A DNA stretch of 64,000 nt, from the NCBI GenBank assembly GCA_002269645.1, contig NIVC01003986.1, forward strand, positions 2,341 to 66,340, read 5' to 3'. Shown here in pieces: positions 1 to 11,396 of this stretch (position 1 is its first letter; every line of letters starts with the position of its first letter). The notes beneath the pieces are model-generated. The model did no database searches. It saw nothing but the letters and a program-made list of their open reading frames with translations, and was not told the origin of the DNA. This stretch comes from Macrostomum lignano (Eukaryota). A program made the position numbers and the translations under genes.

Positions 1-375
1 GTTACCCCTCCTCAGTGTTGCATGCTGGGGTTGTGGTCACGGATACTATAACCCTAGATAGTTCACTCTTGCTTAGATTTTTGCAACTACTCTTTGGTTA
101 GTAGCGTGAACGAACATGGATGCGTAAAACGATCTAAAAATACGTAGCAAAAGTGATGTATTGTCGTTTTCGTGTCAGCTTACGCTAAGCTTTCAAGCTT
201 AGGCTAAGCTTAGGCTAGCTTTCAAAACATCAAAGTTAAGTGCACTCCCATTTATGGTCAAAACGAAGGAACTTGAGGGCTTAAGAGTTGGAGCTTTAAT
301 AAGAGGTTGATAACTGTTTCATTTATAAGCAAAACACATGCATGACAACAGCTCCATACTCAGCATTCGACTGCT

Positions 376-887
376 GACAGCAGTTTCATGTATAAGCAAA
401 ATATGACAGCAGTTTCATGTATCAGCAAAATATGACAGCAGTTTCATGTATCAGCAAAATATGACAGCAGTTTCATGTATAAGCAAAATATGACAGCAGT
501 TTCATGTATAAGCAAAATATGACAACAGTTTCATGTATAAGCAAAATATGACAGCAGTTTCATGTATCAGCAAAATATAACAGCAGTTTCATGTATAAGC
601 AAAATATGACAGCAGTTTCATGTATAAGCAAAATATGACAGCAGTTTCATGTATAAGCAAAATATGACAGCAGTTTCATGTATAAGCAAAATATGACAAC
701 AGTTTCATGTATAAGCAAAATATGACAGCAGTTTCATGTATAAGCCAAATATGACAGCAGTTTCATGTATAAGCAAAATATGACAACAGTTTCATGTATA
801 AGCAAAATATGACAGCAGTTTCATGTATCAGCAAAATATGACAGCAGTTTCATGTATAAGCAAAATATGACAACAGTTTCATGTATT
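376..887. repeat. 29-bp minisatellite, ~17 copies
   Basis: Unit GACAGCAGTTTCATGTATAAGCAAAATAT, period 29 (376, 405...). Confidence 0.95.
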
Positions 888-1479
888 CGTCACTCGTAGG
901 CACGGCAGTGCCTTGCGTCAAATTTCATTTTTGGAGCAACTAGCAATTTATCTAGCCATGCGCACGCTGATGCTCACCCAAAGAGTAGACACTTTTTTGA
1001 GCCATAGACAATAACACAAAAATGGCTTAACTCAATGCAGAGTGAAATATCTAGTGTTTTATTATCTGTGCCTGTGATTGCATCAGAGAGACTTTGAATC
1101 AAATATATAAGTTATGGCAGGCGTCTCAGTGAAGGCTCATATAATTCTTATTTCAGATTTAATAGATCTGAAATTGACAGCCCTCAGCCTTATTCAATTT
1201 CTACATAAGCCATAGCCATAACAAGCAGGCATGGAATGAATAGTTCAAAATCATTTTGTTGTGTCCCTAGACTGACCAGCCGGCTTTGTCTCCTGTCTAT
1301 ACGAGAAGGGAGACTCAGCACCCAGCCCTGTTGCTTGCCAAGCCACTGTCGCGCTAATGCGCAGACAATAGGTCAGCAACCAGGGTCGCAGCAAACGCAC
1401 AGGCCCTGGTGACGATGTCCTAATGGCACTGAACACAAAGAAAGAAGGCAGGACGATACCTGTATCTATTATCTGTGGT

Positions 1480-2175
1480 ATTTGGGGTGGTGATTTTTCA
1501 TGCTGGCTCTCTAGGCGTCTCAGAGGCTGTATTTGGGGTGGGTGATTCTTCATGCTGGAGCTCTAGGCGTCTCAGAGGCTGTATTTGGGGTGGGGATTCT
1601 TCATGCTGGAGCTCTAAGCGTCTCAGAGGCTGTATTTGGGGTGGGGATTCTTCATGCTGGAGCTCTAGGCGTCTCAGAGGCTGTATTTGGGGTAGTGATT
1701 TTTCATGCTGGCCCTCTAGGCGTCTCAGAGAATGTATTTGGGGTGGGTGATTTTTCATGCTGGCCCTCTAGGCGTCTCAGAGAATGTATTTGGGGTAGTG
1801 ATTTTTCATGCTGGCCCTCTAGGCGTCTCAGAGAATGTATTTGGGGTGGGTGATTTTTCATGCTGGCCCTCTAGGCGTCTCAGAGAATGTATTTGGGGTG
1901 GGTGATTCTTCATGCTGGAGCTCTAGGCGTCTCAGAGGCTGTATTTGGGGTGGGGATTCTTCATGCTGGAGCTCTAGGCGTCTCAGAGGCTGTATTTGGG
2001 GTGGTGATTTTTCATGCTGGCTCTCTAGGCGTCTCAGAGGCTGTATTTGGGGTGGGTGATTCTTCATGCTGGAGCTCTAGGCGTCTCAGAGGCTGTATTT
2101 GGGGTGGGTGATTCTTCATGCTGGAGCTCTAGGCGTCTCAGAGGCTGTATTTGGGGTGGGTGATTCTTCACGCTG
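1480..2175. repeat. 51-52-bp minisatellite, ~13 copies
   Basis: Unit TATTTGGGGTGGGTGATTCTTCATGCTGGAGCTCTAGGCGTCTCAGAGGCTG; accounts for all the short ORFs here. Confidence 0.95.
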
Positions 2176-2799
2176 GTGGTCTAGGAATCGCTCTAAGCGA
2201 AAAGGGCAGCGGGAGACAGGAGGGCGGCGCGCACGCCAATAAATACAAGCCATTAAAGTTTATATTTTTCTACTGTCTTAATATAATTAGTCTTAATTAT
2301 ACATATTTGATGCTCTATTAAATGTAGAAATGTAAGGAACATACGTTTAGAAAGTACAAAACTAACATACCTTTTTGTGTTCTCGTGCGCCAAAACTGCG
2401 GTCTATTTTGCCAGCGGAAATATAGCGCTTAAACTTGGTGCTATGGAGATTGAAACGAAACCTGTGCCATACACAAGTTCACTACTGGATACAATTGCCT
2501 GCAAAATAATTTTGCTGCTGTTACCTTGCTGTTAATACAGCAAAGAAAAATCCATTGCACAGCTTAAAGAATGTGAGTTGCCATGCAGATTAAGGACCGG
2601 TGCAATTAAGTTGATAAGTATCGCTCATCGTCTGATGGTTCAAATTCAGACTGGTCGCTGCTTATGAACATTTTCTCCATGCAACTCGTCACTTGGACAC
2701 GTAAACTTGACTCAGATATGCTTTTGAACTTGATAAGCTGTCAGCAAGAATGCTCTTCCGCCTGCAGTTCTGGTTTGCAGAAAGGTCAATGGCTTGATG

Positions 2800-2925
2800 G
2801 TGACAGTGATGTCAGGGTGACAGTGAAGTCAGGGTGACAGTGAAGTCAGGGTGACAGTGAAGTCAGGGTGACAGTGAAGTCAGGGTGACAGTGAATTCAG
2901 GGTGGCAGTGAAGTCAGGGTGACAG
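2800..2925. repeat. 17-bp tandem repeat, ~7 copies, abutting an LTR
   Basis: Unit GGTGACAGTGAAGTCAG. Confidence 0.9.
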
Positions 2926-3135
2926 TGTTGTGTTTTGTGCGTAAATTTAGCGTTGAGCCGAAGGCTGTTAATAAAAGAGCATAGCTCAAGTTGAATGTAT
3001 ATTTTGTTTAACGATATAAGTCAAGGCAAGCCTTTATAGAGTCAGTCGGTAACTGTTTGGGACACAGACAAATAAATTAACGCTGAGGCAACGACTGAAA
3101 ATAAAAGTACGTTGGATTCGGACCGGTATACAACA
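2926..3135 (-). mobile_element. 3' LTR (210 bp) of the Ty3/Gypsy element
   Basis: Bounded by TGTTGT...ACAACA inverted termini. On the minus strand it is immediately preceded by a polypurine tract AGAGGGGGA (3138-3146) and contains TATAAA. Confidence 0.8.
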
Positions 3136-6100
3136 TGTCCCCCTCTAGGAAAAGAGAACTGCAACGGAAAGCGTTGGTGGTTATTGATTAGTGGGTTTGA
3201 GTATGAACGGGTGAGCTTAGAGAGCTTGGTGCTTAACAAAGTTAACGGCGAATTCGTTGAAAGTTTGGGATGAATCAGCGTCCATGCTGTTCAGCAATTA
3301 CGGCACAAATCGATCAGGGGCCCGACGATTTCGCGAGCTTCGGCGCGCCGGGTTGTCATTCGGTTGCTCTGGGGCATCCTGCTCATGGGTCGTTGGTGCC
3401 TGCTCTTCTCCGGCCGTCATTAACAGTGGGGGCTGTTGCACAGGCAGATTGTCAGACGCTTCCTCTTCGTCCGCTGTAAGGGCGTCCTGCTGTGGCATTG
3501 ATGGAGCCAACTGATTGGTGCTGGCCAGCTTCAGGCTCTCATCTTCTAGAATCCATGCCGTATTGTGCCCAGCATGCAGTCATTAGAAATGTAGCCTGGC
3601 CTCCCCTGAGTTGATTTTTGCGGCTGGTAGATGACGTTGTCTCCTTGCTCGAACTGTGAGACGACCGGCACACGAAGGCTTCTACCAAGCACCAACTCGG
3701 CTGGGCACTGACCGCGGCTTCTTGAGGAGCTTCGATGGTGCATGAGCACTTTTTGTAGGTAGAATGGGAATTCCATGTGTGTTATTCTTTCCGACGATGC
3801 GCGCAGCGCAGATTTAACGGTCTGCACTGCCTTCACTGCGAGGCCGTTTGCCTGAGGATAGTAGGCGGGTGACTCCATTTTCTTCACTCCATGTGCGCGC
3901 AGCCATGCGTTGAGGCTATCGGCTACAAATTCGGGTGCATTGTCTGACACAACTAGCTCTGCCATACCAAAGCGTGCAAAGACGGCGCAGAGGCACTGCT
4001 GGACAGTGCTGGCCACTCTGTTTTGGCAGGGAAACGCTTCTATCCAGCCAGAATGAGCGTCAGCGATAATAATTATGTCGCCAGCTCCTCTTACATGCGC
4101 CCAGTCCATGTGAATGCGTTGGAATGGATAGTCCGGGGTGGGCCATCGATCGCTGTCGTGGCCGACACGCGGTCGTAGGCGGCTGCAGACCGGGCAGCGT
4201 TGGACAAATTGTGACACACCCTGTTTGCATCCCAGGCCACCAGCAAGACGCTGAAAGCAGGTTGTATGAGGCCTAAATTCCAGAGTGGGTGTCATGGATT
4301 GCGTGAAAGGAGGCCCGGGCAACCGTGGGGGGATGTAAACCCTCCTCTGCATGTAAAGAAGTCCGTTTTCCAGCGTTAGCTTTTCGGAAACGGCTTTGAA
4401 GCTTGACTCTGCCTGCGAGCAACCTTGCCAGTTTCCATTGCGTACTCTCATTAGAATCTTCTGGGTGAACGGGTCTGCGTCCATTTCTGCCAAAATTCTT
4501 CCGGCCTCGATCACCGATGATTCGAATACCACGACGTTTATGGCATCAAACGTTTCCTTGTCATCTGCTGAAGGGTATCAAAGCGGAGCCGAGATAGAGC
4601 GTCAGCGTGTGGAATGTCGCGGCCTCGCACGTACTCGATGATGAAATCAAACTGCATGAGATGCATAGCCCAGCGCCCGATTCTCGCCGATGTGTTCAGA
4701 GGGATGCCACCGTGGAAAAGGCGAGTCAGTGGCTGATGATCTGTTTTGATTGTGAAGCTACGGCCATGAAGGAAGTGCTTCAGTCGAGCGACGGCCCAGA
4801 AGATGGCGAGGGCCTCGCGCTTAATATTTGAGTAATTCGATTCGGTGGATGACAGCGTCCTCGAAACAAATATTACGGGATGCCCTTCCTGAGTCACTAT
4901 TGAGCTCTTTGAGGCATCCGTTATTAGAGTCAGCTCCTTTGATAGGCTATAGGGCTGCACTATTGGCGCAGAGGCGATTTCAGCTTTGAGATTATTAAAA
5001 GCTCGAGAGCACTCGTCGGTCCAGTCAAAGTTGACGTTGGATTTTCGCCGATGGTTAAGAGGAGCGGTCTTTCGAGCGAAGTTCGGAATCAGTCTCCCAA
5101 AGAAGTTGACCAGTCCCAAAAAGCTCGCGAGCTCAGATTTGTTAGTCGGTGCAGAAACATGTCTGACTTTTTCAACAAGCCGTTCGTCTGGCTGGATTCC
5201 GGCGGCAGAGATCTTGAATCCAAGAAAAGAGATGGAATCGGTGTAGCTGAAGCACTTGGACTCGTTGATGGTGACGCGCTTTTCCTGTAGTCGGGTGCGC
5301 ACCGCGGCAAGACGCTTTTCTAGAGTAGCCGCATCTGGTGCGTGCACCAGGATGTCGTCTTGATAAATCAGCAGTCCTTTGATGTCTGACAAAATCGATT
5401 CCATAGTTCTCTGGAAGATGAACGAGGCGTTTTTCATCCCCATTTGCAGTCTGTTTACTCGGTACTGTCCACGCGACGTGTTGATGATGGAGAGATCTCT
5501 GGCCGCTTCATTCAGTTCAATTTGCCAGTAGGCCGAGCGGAGGTCGACGGTACACTGCAATCGGCACACGTTTGCAAAGTGCCGTCTTTCTTTTTCACCC
5601 AAACCACGGGCGACGCATTGCTCACGGGTCCCTCGATGGGTTCAATTACTCCTAGCTGTTGCAAGCGGTCGAGTTCGGCGTTAATCTGCCCCTCAATTGC
5701 AATAGGCACGGATCGAGCACGGCAGAATCTGGGTCTGTCACCGTCAACAACCTCCATGCGAGCTTTTACGCCTTTTATGGTAGGCAGTGGCTCAACTACG
5801 CGGGTGTTGTTCTGGGGCACACTTGTGGTGTGAAAGAGGTCCTCCGCGTCCAACAGATCGCGACCAAGCAAGCCATATGGTTTGTTCGAGTTGACCACAA
5901 TGAGCTCTGCAGGGTGCAGATGACCTCGTAGTTCAACCGTGGTTGCCAGCTTTCCGAGTGATTTCATCACGTGACCATCAAAGGCTTCTAGCCGCCGAAA
6001 ACACTTGTGCAGTGAGGGTTGACCCAGTCGTTCCCATTGCGAACTGGAGAGCACGGAGACGGAGGCGCCTGTATCGATCTGCATGTTGACGGTCTTGCCA

Positions 6101-6272
6101 TCGATAATAAGTGGCTCGGTGGCCACGTTGACAGCGTGGACGGTGCCCACGTCGCTGAGATGCATAAGGGAAGTCTTCTCATGTGGCTCATTGTCTATTT
6201 CATGAGCTGATGGGTCAGTGAATTGGTGCACAGGCCGTGCAGATGATGAGCGACATACGCTGGCAAAGTCTT
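2926..6272 (-). mobile_element. Ty3/Gypsy LTR retrotransposon, frameshifted and 5'-truncated
   Basis: Pol pieces in PR-RT-RH-INT order: protease IDTGASVS (5512-6231), RT DLRSAYWQI/YQDD and RNase H TDAS/TDHQPL (4538-5602), integrase HMDWA/SDNAPEF/PQANG (3546-4532), basic tail RRSSRNRRAPDRF (3298-3510). The end of the gag zinc knuckle (FASVCRS) is at ~6250-6270. The rest of gag and the 5' LTR are absent. Confidence 0.93.
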
Positions 6273-6595
6273 CTTCTTCTTCTTCTTAATTCTTTATCCC
6301 CTGCTTCTTCGAACATCTCCTCGTCGCTCATTCTTCTTATTTTCGTATCTACCTTTTCAAAAATGAACTCAGTGCGTCTGACATCGCACACCGGAGCTTC
6401 CGTCTGCTGGAAGCAAACTTCAGGAGAGGGCCCTCAGTTCTGAGAGGGGCGCGGTAGAAAGCCATGGGCTGTAGTATATTTGTAGCTTGAGACTGGAGTA
6501 TGTTAAAGATTGATACAGAATGCTAAAACGTTTTTCTGAATTTAAATATAGCTTTGTCGAAATAGAACTTGGGAAATTTGCATGCAGGAGCAAGT

Positions 6596-6699
6596 TTTGT
6601 CCATAGACAGAATGAGCGCCCTCACTATGGTATGAAATAGAATATCTAATTGCCGAAATAGAATGAGAGTTTTGTTAAAATTATGAACGGAAAGGTGTA
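6596..6699. mobile_element. Partial copy of the CCATAGAC-core palindromic element (related to 10378-10557)
   Basis: TTTGTCCATAGACAGAATGA-CGCCCTCA-TATGGTATGA-ATAGAATATC-AATTGCCGAAA...GGTGTA matches 10378-10557 in direct orientation. Confidence 0.75.
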
Positions 6700-7197
6700 C
6701 GAGTGTATTAAAAACTTCATCCAGTTTGTAAGCGAACAGTTTTATCAGTTTTATTCGGTTTATTAGTAATAAAAGGCTTTCAGGACCTGAATGTGGGTAA
6801 AATTGCATTACCCATTAATACGAGCGTAATAAGATGCTTAACAATCCGTTTATTCTCAAACACATAAAATCTTCAGATGTTGATCAAGAGCAAAAATGAG
6901 ATTGGCAGGGGATCCGATCGGGACTCTGATGGAGCGAACTGGCAGGAAAGTGCTGCGTCAAAATAAGCTTTTCAAAGAAACCGTTCAACAAATACTCAAG
7001 TATCACAGAGACGAAACTGAAAAAAAAAGATTTTCGGGCTGCCCCGAAAACACGTTTGAGTCTTACAAAACAATTCGCGCACATTAATCCATAGACAATT
7101 TTGCCCTCCAACACAGATTCGACCTGCGATAGCTGGTGTCAAAAACAGAAGGCATGTCCGCCAGAACCGCAGACCAGAGAGAATCGAACAAAGGAGC

Positions 7198-8616
7198 TCA
7201 GAAGAACCAAAAACGACGCGAGGGAGCCGGATTTGACTCCGGCTTCGGCTTCGGCTTCGGCTTCATCCGCGGTATGTAGATCTTTTTTTGAACAGGCAGC
7301 CTTTTATCCGGAACAATGAACACTCGGCTGCCGCGCACTGACACCATGGAGATGCTGAGGATCGAGGCCCGCGGAGCGCCAAACCACACCTCCGGGATGG
7401 CGCCGATGCTCAGCGCCAGCTCGATAAAGTCATTCACTGTTGCGTAGCGAAGGCGAACCGCCGGCGGTAACTCCTGGACCGGCATCGACAACAGCTGCGA
7501 CACGTTCATAGCTGGCAGACTTCGAGCAAACTTGTCCAGGTCGTGGTCAGCTGAGCGACCGATCACTTTGTCGATGGCGCTCTTGGTCAAAGTGACATTG
7601 AACGTGTTCAGCGCCATCCGGCTCAAGTAGTTGTGGTAGAATATGTCGCCGTACGCGTAGCTCTTTCCAGGCTCGCTGCTTCGGCCACCGTTCCGGCCGA
7701 TGTTGAACGTCCGGGACAGCTCGGGACGCACGCAGACGAGGCTGTTATTCATCATGTAGTGCCTCAGAAAGTCGTCGTATTGCGTCTTCGGCCAGAATTC
7801 CCTGATCTGCAGCCAGTGGCGCCGATTGATCATCCAGCCGAGTCCAGGGAAGAAGTCAGTCCGGTGCAGCAGCTGTGGGTCCTCGGTCACGAGGCCAATC
7901 TGGCCGTTGTCGTTCCAAGCGGACACGCAGAAGATGCTCTCGTCGGAGTCGAGCGCTCTTCGCAGTGAGCGAAAATACTGGTAGAAGTCCGGCGCAATCA
8001 ACATGTCATCCTCCATCAGTATGACATAGGAGAAGTTCAGCTTCAGTATCAGGTAGTCCAACACGCGCAGGTAATGCCGCGCAATCTTCACGTAGCTATC
8101 GCTTGACGCAGTAAAGTTGCGACTTTTGTCATCGGCTAAGCGTAACAGTTTGACCTCATTGGATTTTATCTGCTGCAGCACAGCAGTTGTTTGCTTTTCT
8201 GTACCATCCAGCGACATCAGGAGGCGGAATCCGCTCGCCGGCTTCTGAGCAAGCAGCTGGTTGACCACCTGATGCACTTCTGGTCTCCTCGCGGCCAGCA
8301 CCACCACAGCGATGTCTCTGCCTTGGTTTTGCTCGGGGGGTTCATCCGTTGCGTTCGTTGAATTCAGCCGAAATATTTCAGGCTCCTGAAACTCTGGCAA
8401 ATTATCGTCCGGTTCTTCAGTCTCTTTCGTCTTAGGAGTTTCTGTCTTTTTTATGTGGCTTTGCAGAGCCAGAAAAGGAACTAGAAATCCGAGGACAGTC
8501 AAGATGACAAACATCAAGACGAGGCCAAGTTTTTTTCCATTAGAAAGACGCCGTAGACCCTGGCGTAGCAGCAAACTGAATTTTGAAACTCGTCGACCGA
8601 ACCGTGTCGAGTCCAT
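7198..8616 (-). CDS. MGAT1: GT13 family alpha-1,3-mannosyl-glycoprotein N-acetylglucosaminyltransferase I-like protein, single exon, 472 aa
   Basis: Type II TM segment LGLVLMFVILTVLGFLVPFLAL; motifs MEDDMLIAPDFYQYF (EDD), CVSAWNDNG, RTDFFPGLGWM, CVRPELSRTFNIG. Could be a paralog rather than the true ortholog. Confidence 0.9.
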   Translation of the reverse strand: MDSTRFGRRVSKFSLLLRQGLRRLSNGKKLGLVLMFVILTVLGFLVPFLALQSHIKKTETPKTKETEEPDDNLPEFQEPEIFRLNSTNATDEPPEQNQGRDIAVVVLAARRPEVHQVVNQLLAQKPASGFRLLMSLDGTEKQTTAVLQQIKSNEVKLLRLADDKSRNFTASSDSYVKIARHYLRVLDYLILKLNFSYVILMEDDMLIAPDFYQYFRSLRRALDSDESIFCVSAWNDNGQIGLVTEDPQLLHRTDFFPGLGWMINRRHWLQIREFWPKTQYDDFLRHYMMNNSLVCVRPELSRTFNIGRNGGRSSEPGKSYAYGDIFYHNYLSRMALNTFNVTLTKSAIDKVIGRSADHDLDKFARSLPAMNVSQLLSMPVQELPPAVRLRYATVNDFIELALSIGAIPEVWFGAPRASILSISMVSVRGSRVFIVPDKRLPVQKKIYIPRMKPKPKPKPESNPAPSRRFWFF

Positions 8617-9555
8617 TGAGATTGCCGGGTCAATTGCTGCTCTACCCTGGCTGAAACCTGAGTGCGAAATGCAAAAATTCTATGCAGTGCCAATGCGCTG
8701 GTGGCGTTCTCGGCTCGGAGCGAAACTTTATTGCCTTCTCTCGCGCTCATTGCTGAGCGCATGCAGGGTCAGTATGCTTTGCCTTAAGACCGCCTGTGGT
8801 GCTGGGGCTCCTTGGCTCCTATTGTTAAGCGTATGCACAGTTTGGAGTAGGAGTGTTGCAACTGCAACCTTTGAGTCTCTTCCATAAAAATAGAAACCCT
8901 TTATAGACTGCAGTTTAACGGGGTTCGGAGAATGCAGTGGGGCTTTTTGCGACCTAAGAGTGGCGGCGAGAAGGTAGAGAGACATGCATGAGAGAGAAGA
9001 ATTAATAGTAAATTTCCATGGCAAATGAAAACAATTGACGGAAAGACACAAGAATAGATATTCAGTTTTGAGTGCGTAGTTGTCTTCGCTACGAGTGCTA
9101 AGACTGAAATTGTAAAATTGTTTAATTTCATTTCGTACAATAATCCAAAGAAAGATTCTTGGAACGGACTTCTAAGATTAGCTCGTAGGAACAGCCGACT
9201 ATTAAAAATGTAAAAAAAGACCCGGTCTAGCGTAAATCAGACACGATTTCGTGATGACCCAGCGATTATGACCCAGATGACATCCTCGACTGCATGCAGT
9301 GTTGAAGATCTTGGGACATCGACTAACGATCGATAGGAAATTGCTTTGATTGTCGGTTGTGGGGTTTACTGCACGCTATCTTTACTTGCCGCACAAGTGC
9401 TTTGATTGCCGGTTGCTGGGTTTACTGCACGCTATTTTTACTTGCCGCACAAGTTCTTCTCTTTTCGAGATAGGATTGCACTGTAGACAAAAATGGTTAA
9501 CAATACGCTTTAGTTAGTTTCTTCTTTCTCAGAAGAACAGCTTTTCTTCGAAAGT

Positions 9556-10557
9556 TACACCTTTTCCGTTCAATTTTAACGAAACTCGGATTCCATTTCG
9601 GCAAGCAGCATTCAATATCATTATTCTATATTTAGGTCGTAGCTATTTCAACCCTCATCCGAATTCGGCAAGCTGACATTCAATATCATTATTCTATATT
9701 TAGGTCGTAGCTATTTCAACCCTCATCCGAATTCGGCAAGCTGACATTCAATATCATTATTCTATATTTAGCTCGTAGCTATTTCAACCCTCATCCGAAT
9801 TCGGCAAGCTGACATTCAATATCATTATTCTATATTTAGCTCGTAGCTATTTCAACCCTCATCCGAATTCGGCAAGCTGACATTCAATATCATTATTCTA
9901 TATTTAGCTCGTAGCTATTTCAACCCTCATCCGAATTCGGCAAGCTGACATTCAATATCATTATTCTATATTTAGCTCGTAGCTATTTCAACCCTCATCC
10001 GAATTCGGCAAGCTGACATTCAATATCATTATTCTATATTTAGCTCGTAGCTATTTCAACCCTCATCCGAATTCGGCAAGCTGACATTCAATATCATTAT
10101 TCTATATTTAGCTCGTAGCTATTTCAACCCTCATCCGAATTCGGCAAGCTGACATTCAATATCATTATTCTATATTTAGCTCGTAGCTATTTCAACCCTC
10201 ATCCGAATTCGGCAAGCTGACATTCAATATCATTATTCTATATTTAGGTCGTAGCTATTTCAACCCTCATCCGAATTCGGCAAGCAGCATTCAATATCAT
10301 TATTCTATATTTAGGTCGTAGCTATTTCAACCCTCATCCGAATTCGGCAAGCAGCATTCAATTTCGGCAATTGGATAGTTTGTCCATAGACAGAATGAAC
10401 GCCCTCAATATGGTATGAGATAGAATATCCAATTGCCGAAACTGAATGCTGCTTGCTAGTTGGAATGACGGTTTTAGTAGCTAAATATACGTTAGAATGC
10501 TAGTTTAGCTTGCCGAAATAGAATGCGAGTTTTTTAAACTGAATAGAATAAGGTGTA
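9556..10557. mobile_element. MITE-like element with ~55-bp imperfect TIRs, an internal 68-bp satellite and a CCATAGAC core
   Basis: Left end TACACCTTTTCCGTTCAATTTTAACGAAACTCGGATTCCATTTCGGCAAGC is inverted to the right end GCTTGCCGAAATAGAATGCGAGTTTTTTAAACTGAATAGAATAAGGTGTA. An internal hairpin (~10327-10458) encloses CCATAGAC at 10384. Confidence 0.7.
9598..10350. repeat. 68-bp satellite, ~11 copies
   Basis: GAATTC recurs at 9661, 9729, 9797 (period 68). Confidence 0.95.
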
Positions 10558-10590
10558 AATAGTACATTAACGCCCGCAAAGCATGGGTAT

Positions 10591-10969
10591 TACTATAGCT
10601 TTTTGCAGCTTATCTGGGCTTACGCGCATTGAATTTAATCCAAGATAGGTTTGCCAACGCTGATGGATGCTGTAAACCATCTTTCTTCTATATTCAGCAA
10701 CCTTAAAATGTCCTTTGGGTGTTTACCTGTTGAGTGCTTTGATCACAATACGTTCGACAACCTAGCATGGTTCACAATTCTGGGACTGATCTTGCTCCTC
10801 CGCAACAGTTGCAAATAAAGCTATGGACCAAATTGATGCTTGTTTGACCAAATTAAATGCCGCTGTGGGAGCCTTGCTACCATAGACAAAAGCTCCGTTA
10901 CATTGGCAAACCTATCTTGGATTAAATTCAATGCGCGTAAGCCCAAATGGGCTGCAAAAAGCTATATTA
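10591..10969 (-). mobile_element. TIR element carrying a Tc1/IS630-like N-terminal HTH remnant
   Basis: ~65-bp inverted arms starting TACTATAGCTTTTTGC and ending GCAAAAAGCTATATTA. The internal minus strand reads like ARLSN..VIKALNR.KHPKDILRLLNIE.KMVYSIHQRWQ (HTH-like, frameshifted). CCATAGAC at 10880. Confidence 0.65.
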
Positions 10970-11396
10970 TTGTGCCATAGACATTTGTGTCCTTGAAAAA
11001 GTGGGACAGAATAATCGGGCGTTAAATGTCATTAACTGCCCGCTAATTTGCCTTAAAGTAAGTTTAAAGCAATAAAGTCCTGCAAGCGGGCTTAAATGTA
11101 GTCTATGGCATTAAAAGGCAAGAATAAGTGCCCAGCGGGCACAAAGGTCATGGTACAATGGGTGTTCACTGCATTGTCAAAAATCAGCCTTTAGGATAAT
11201 GCAATCGTCTATGGTTAAACCATGAGCACATTCCATTTCTTTTTTCACTTAAACTTCAGGATAATGATTTCGAACTCGGGATAATGGACGCCTATTTTTA
11301 GAACAAAACAACAAACACCAACAACAAAAGATTAGCGCTATGGAAAGTTAATAGTGCAGTATCAATATGGCGCAATTGTAATAGTGCCGAAGACCA

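Noticed and set aside
2926-3135. LTR read as a plus-strand solo LTR (AATAAA on +)
   Set aside because: No PBS follows it; the polypurine tract and pol orientation fit a minus-strand 3' LTR.
9598-10350. CRISPR-like regular array
   Set aside because: Units are contiguous near-identical 68-mers with no unique spacers, there are no cas genes and the context is eukaryotic.
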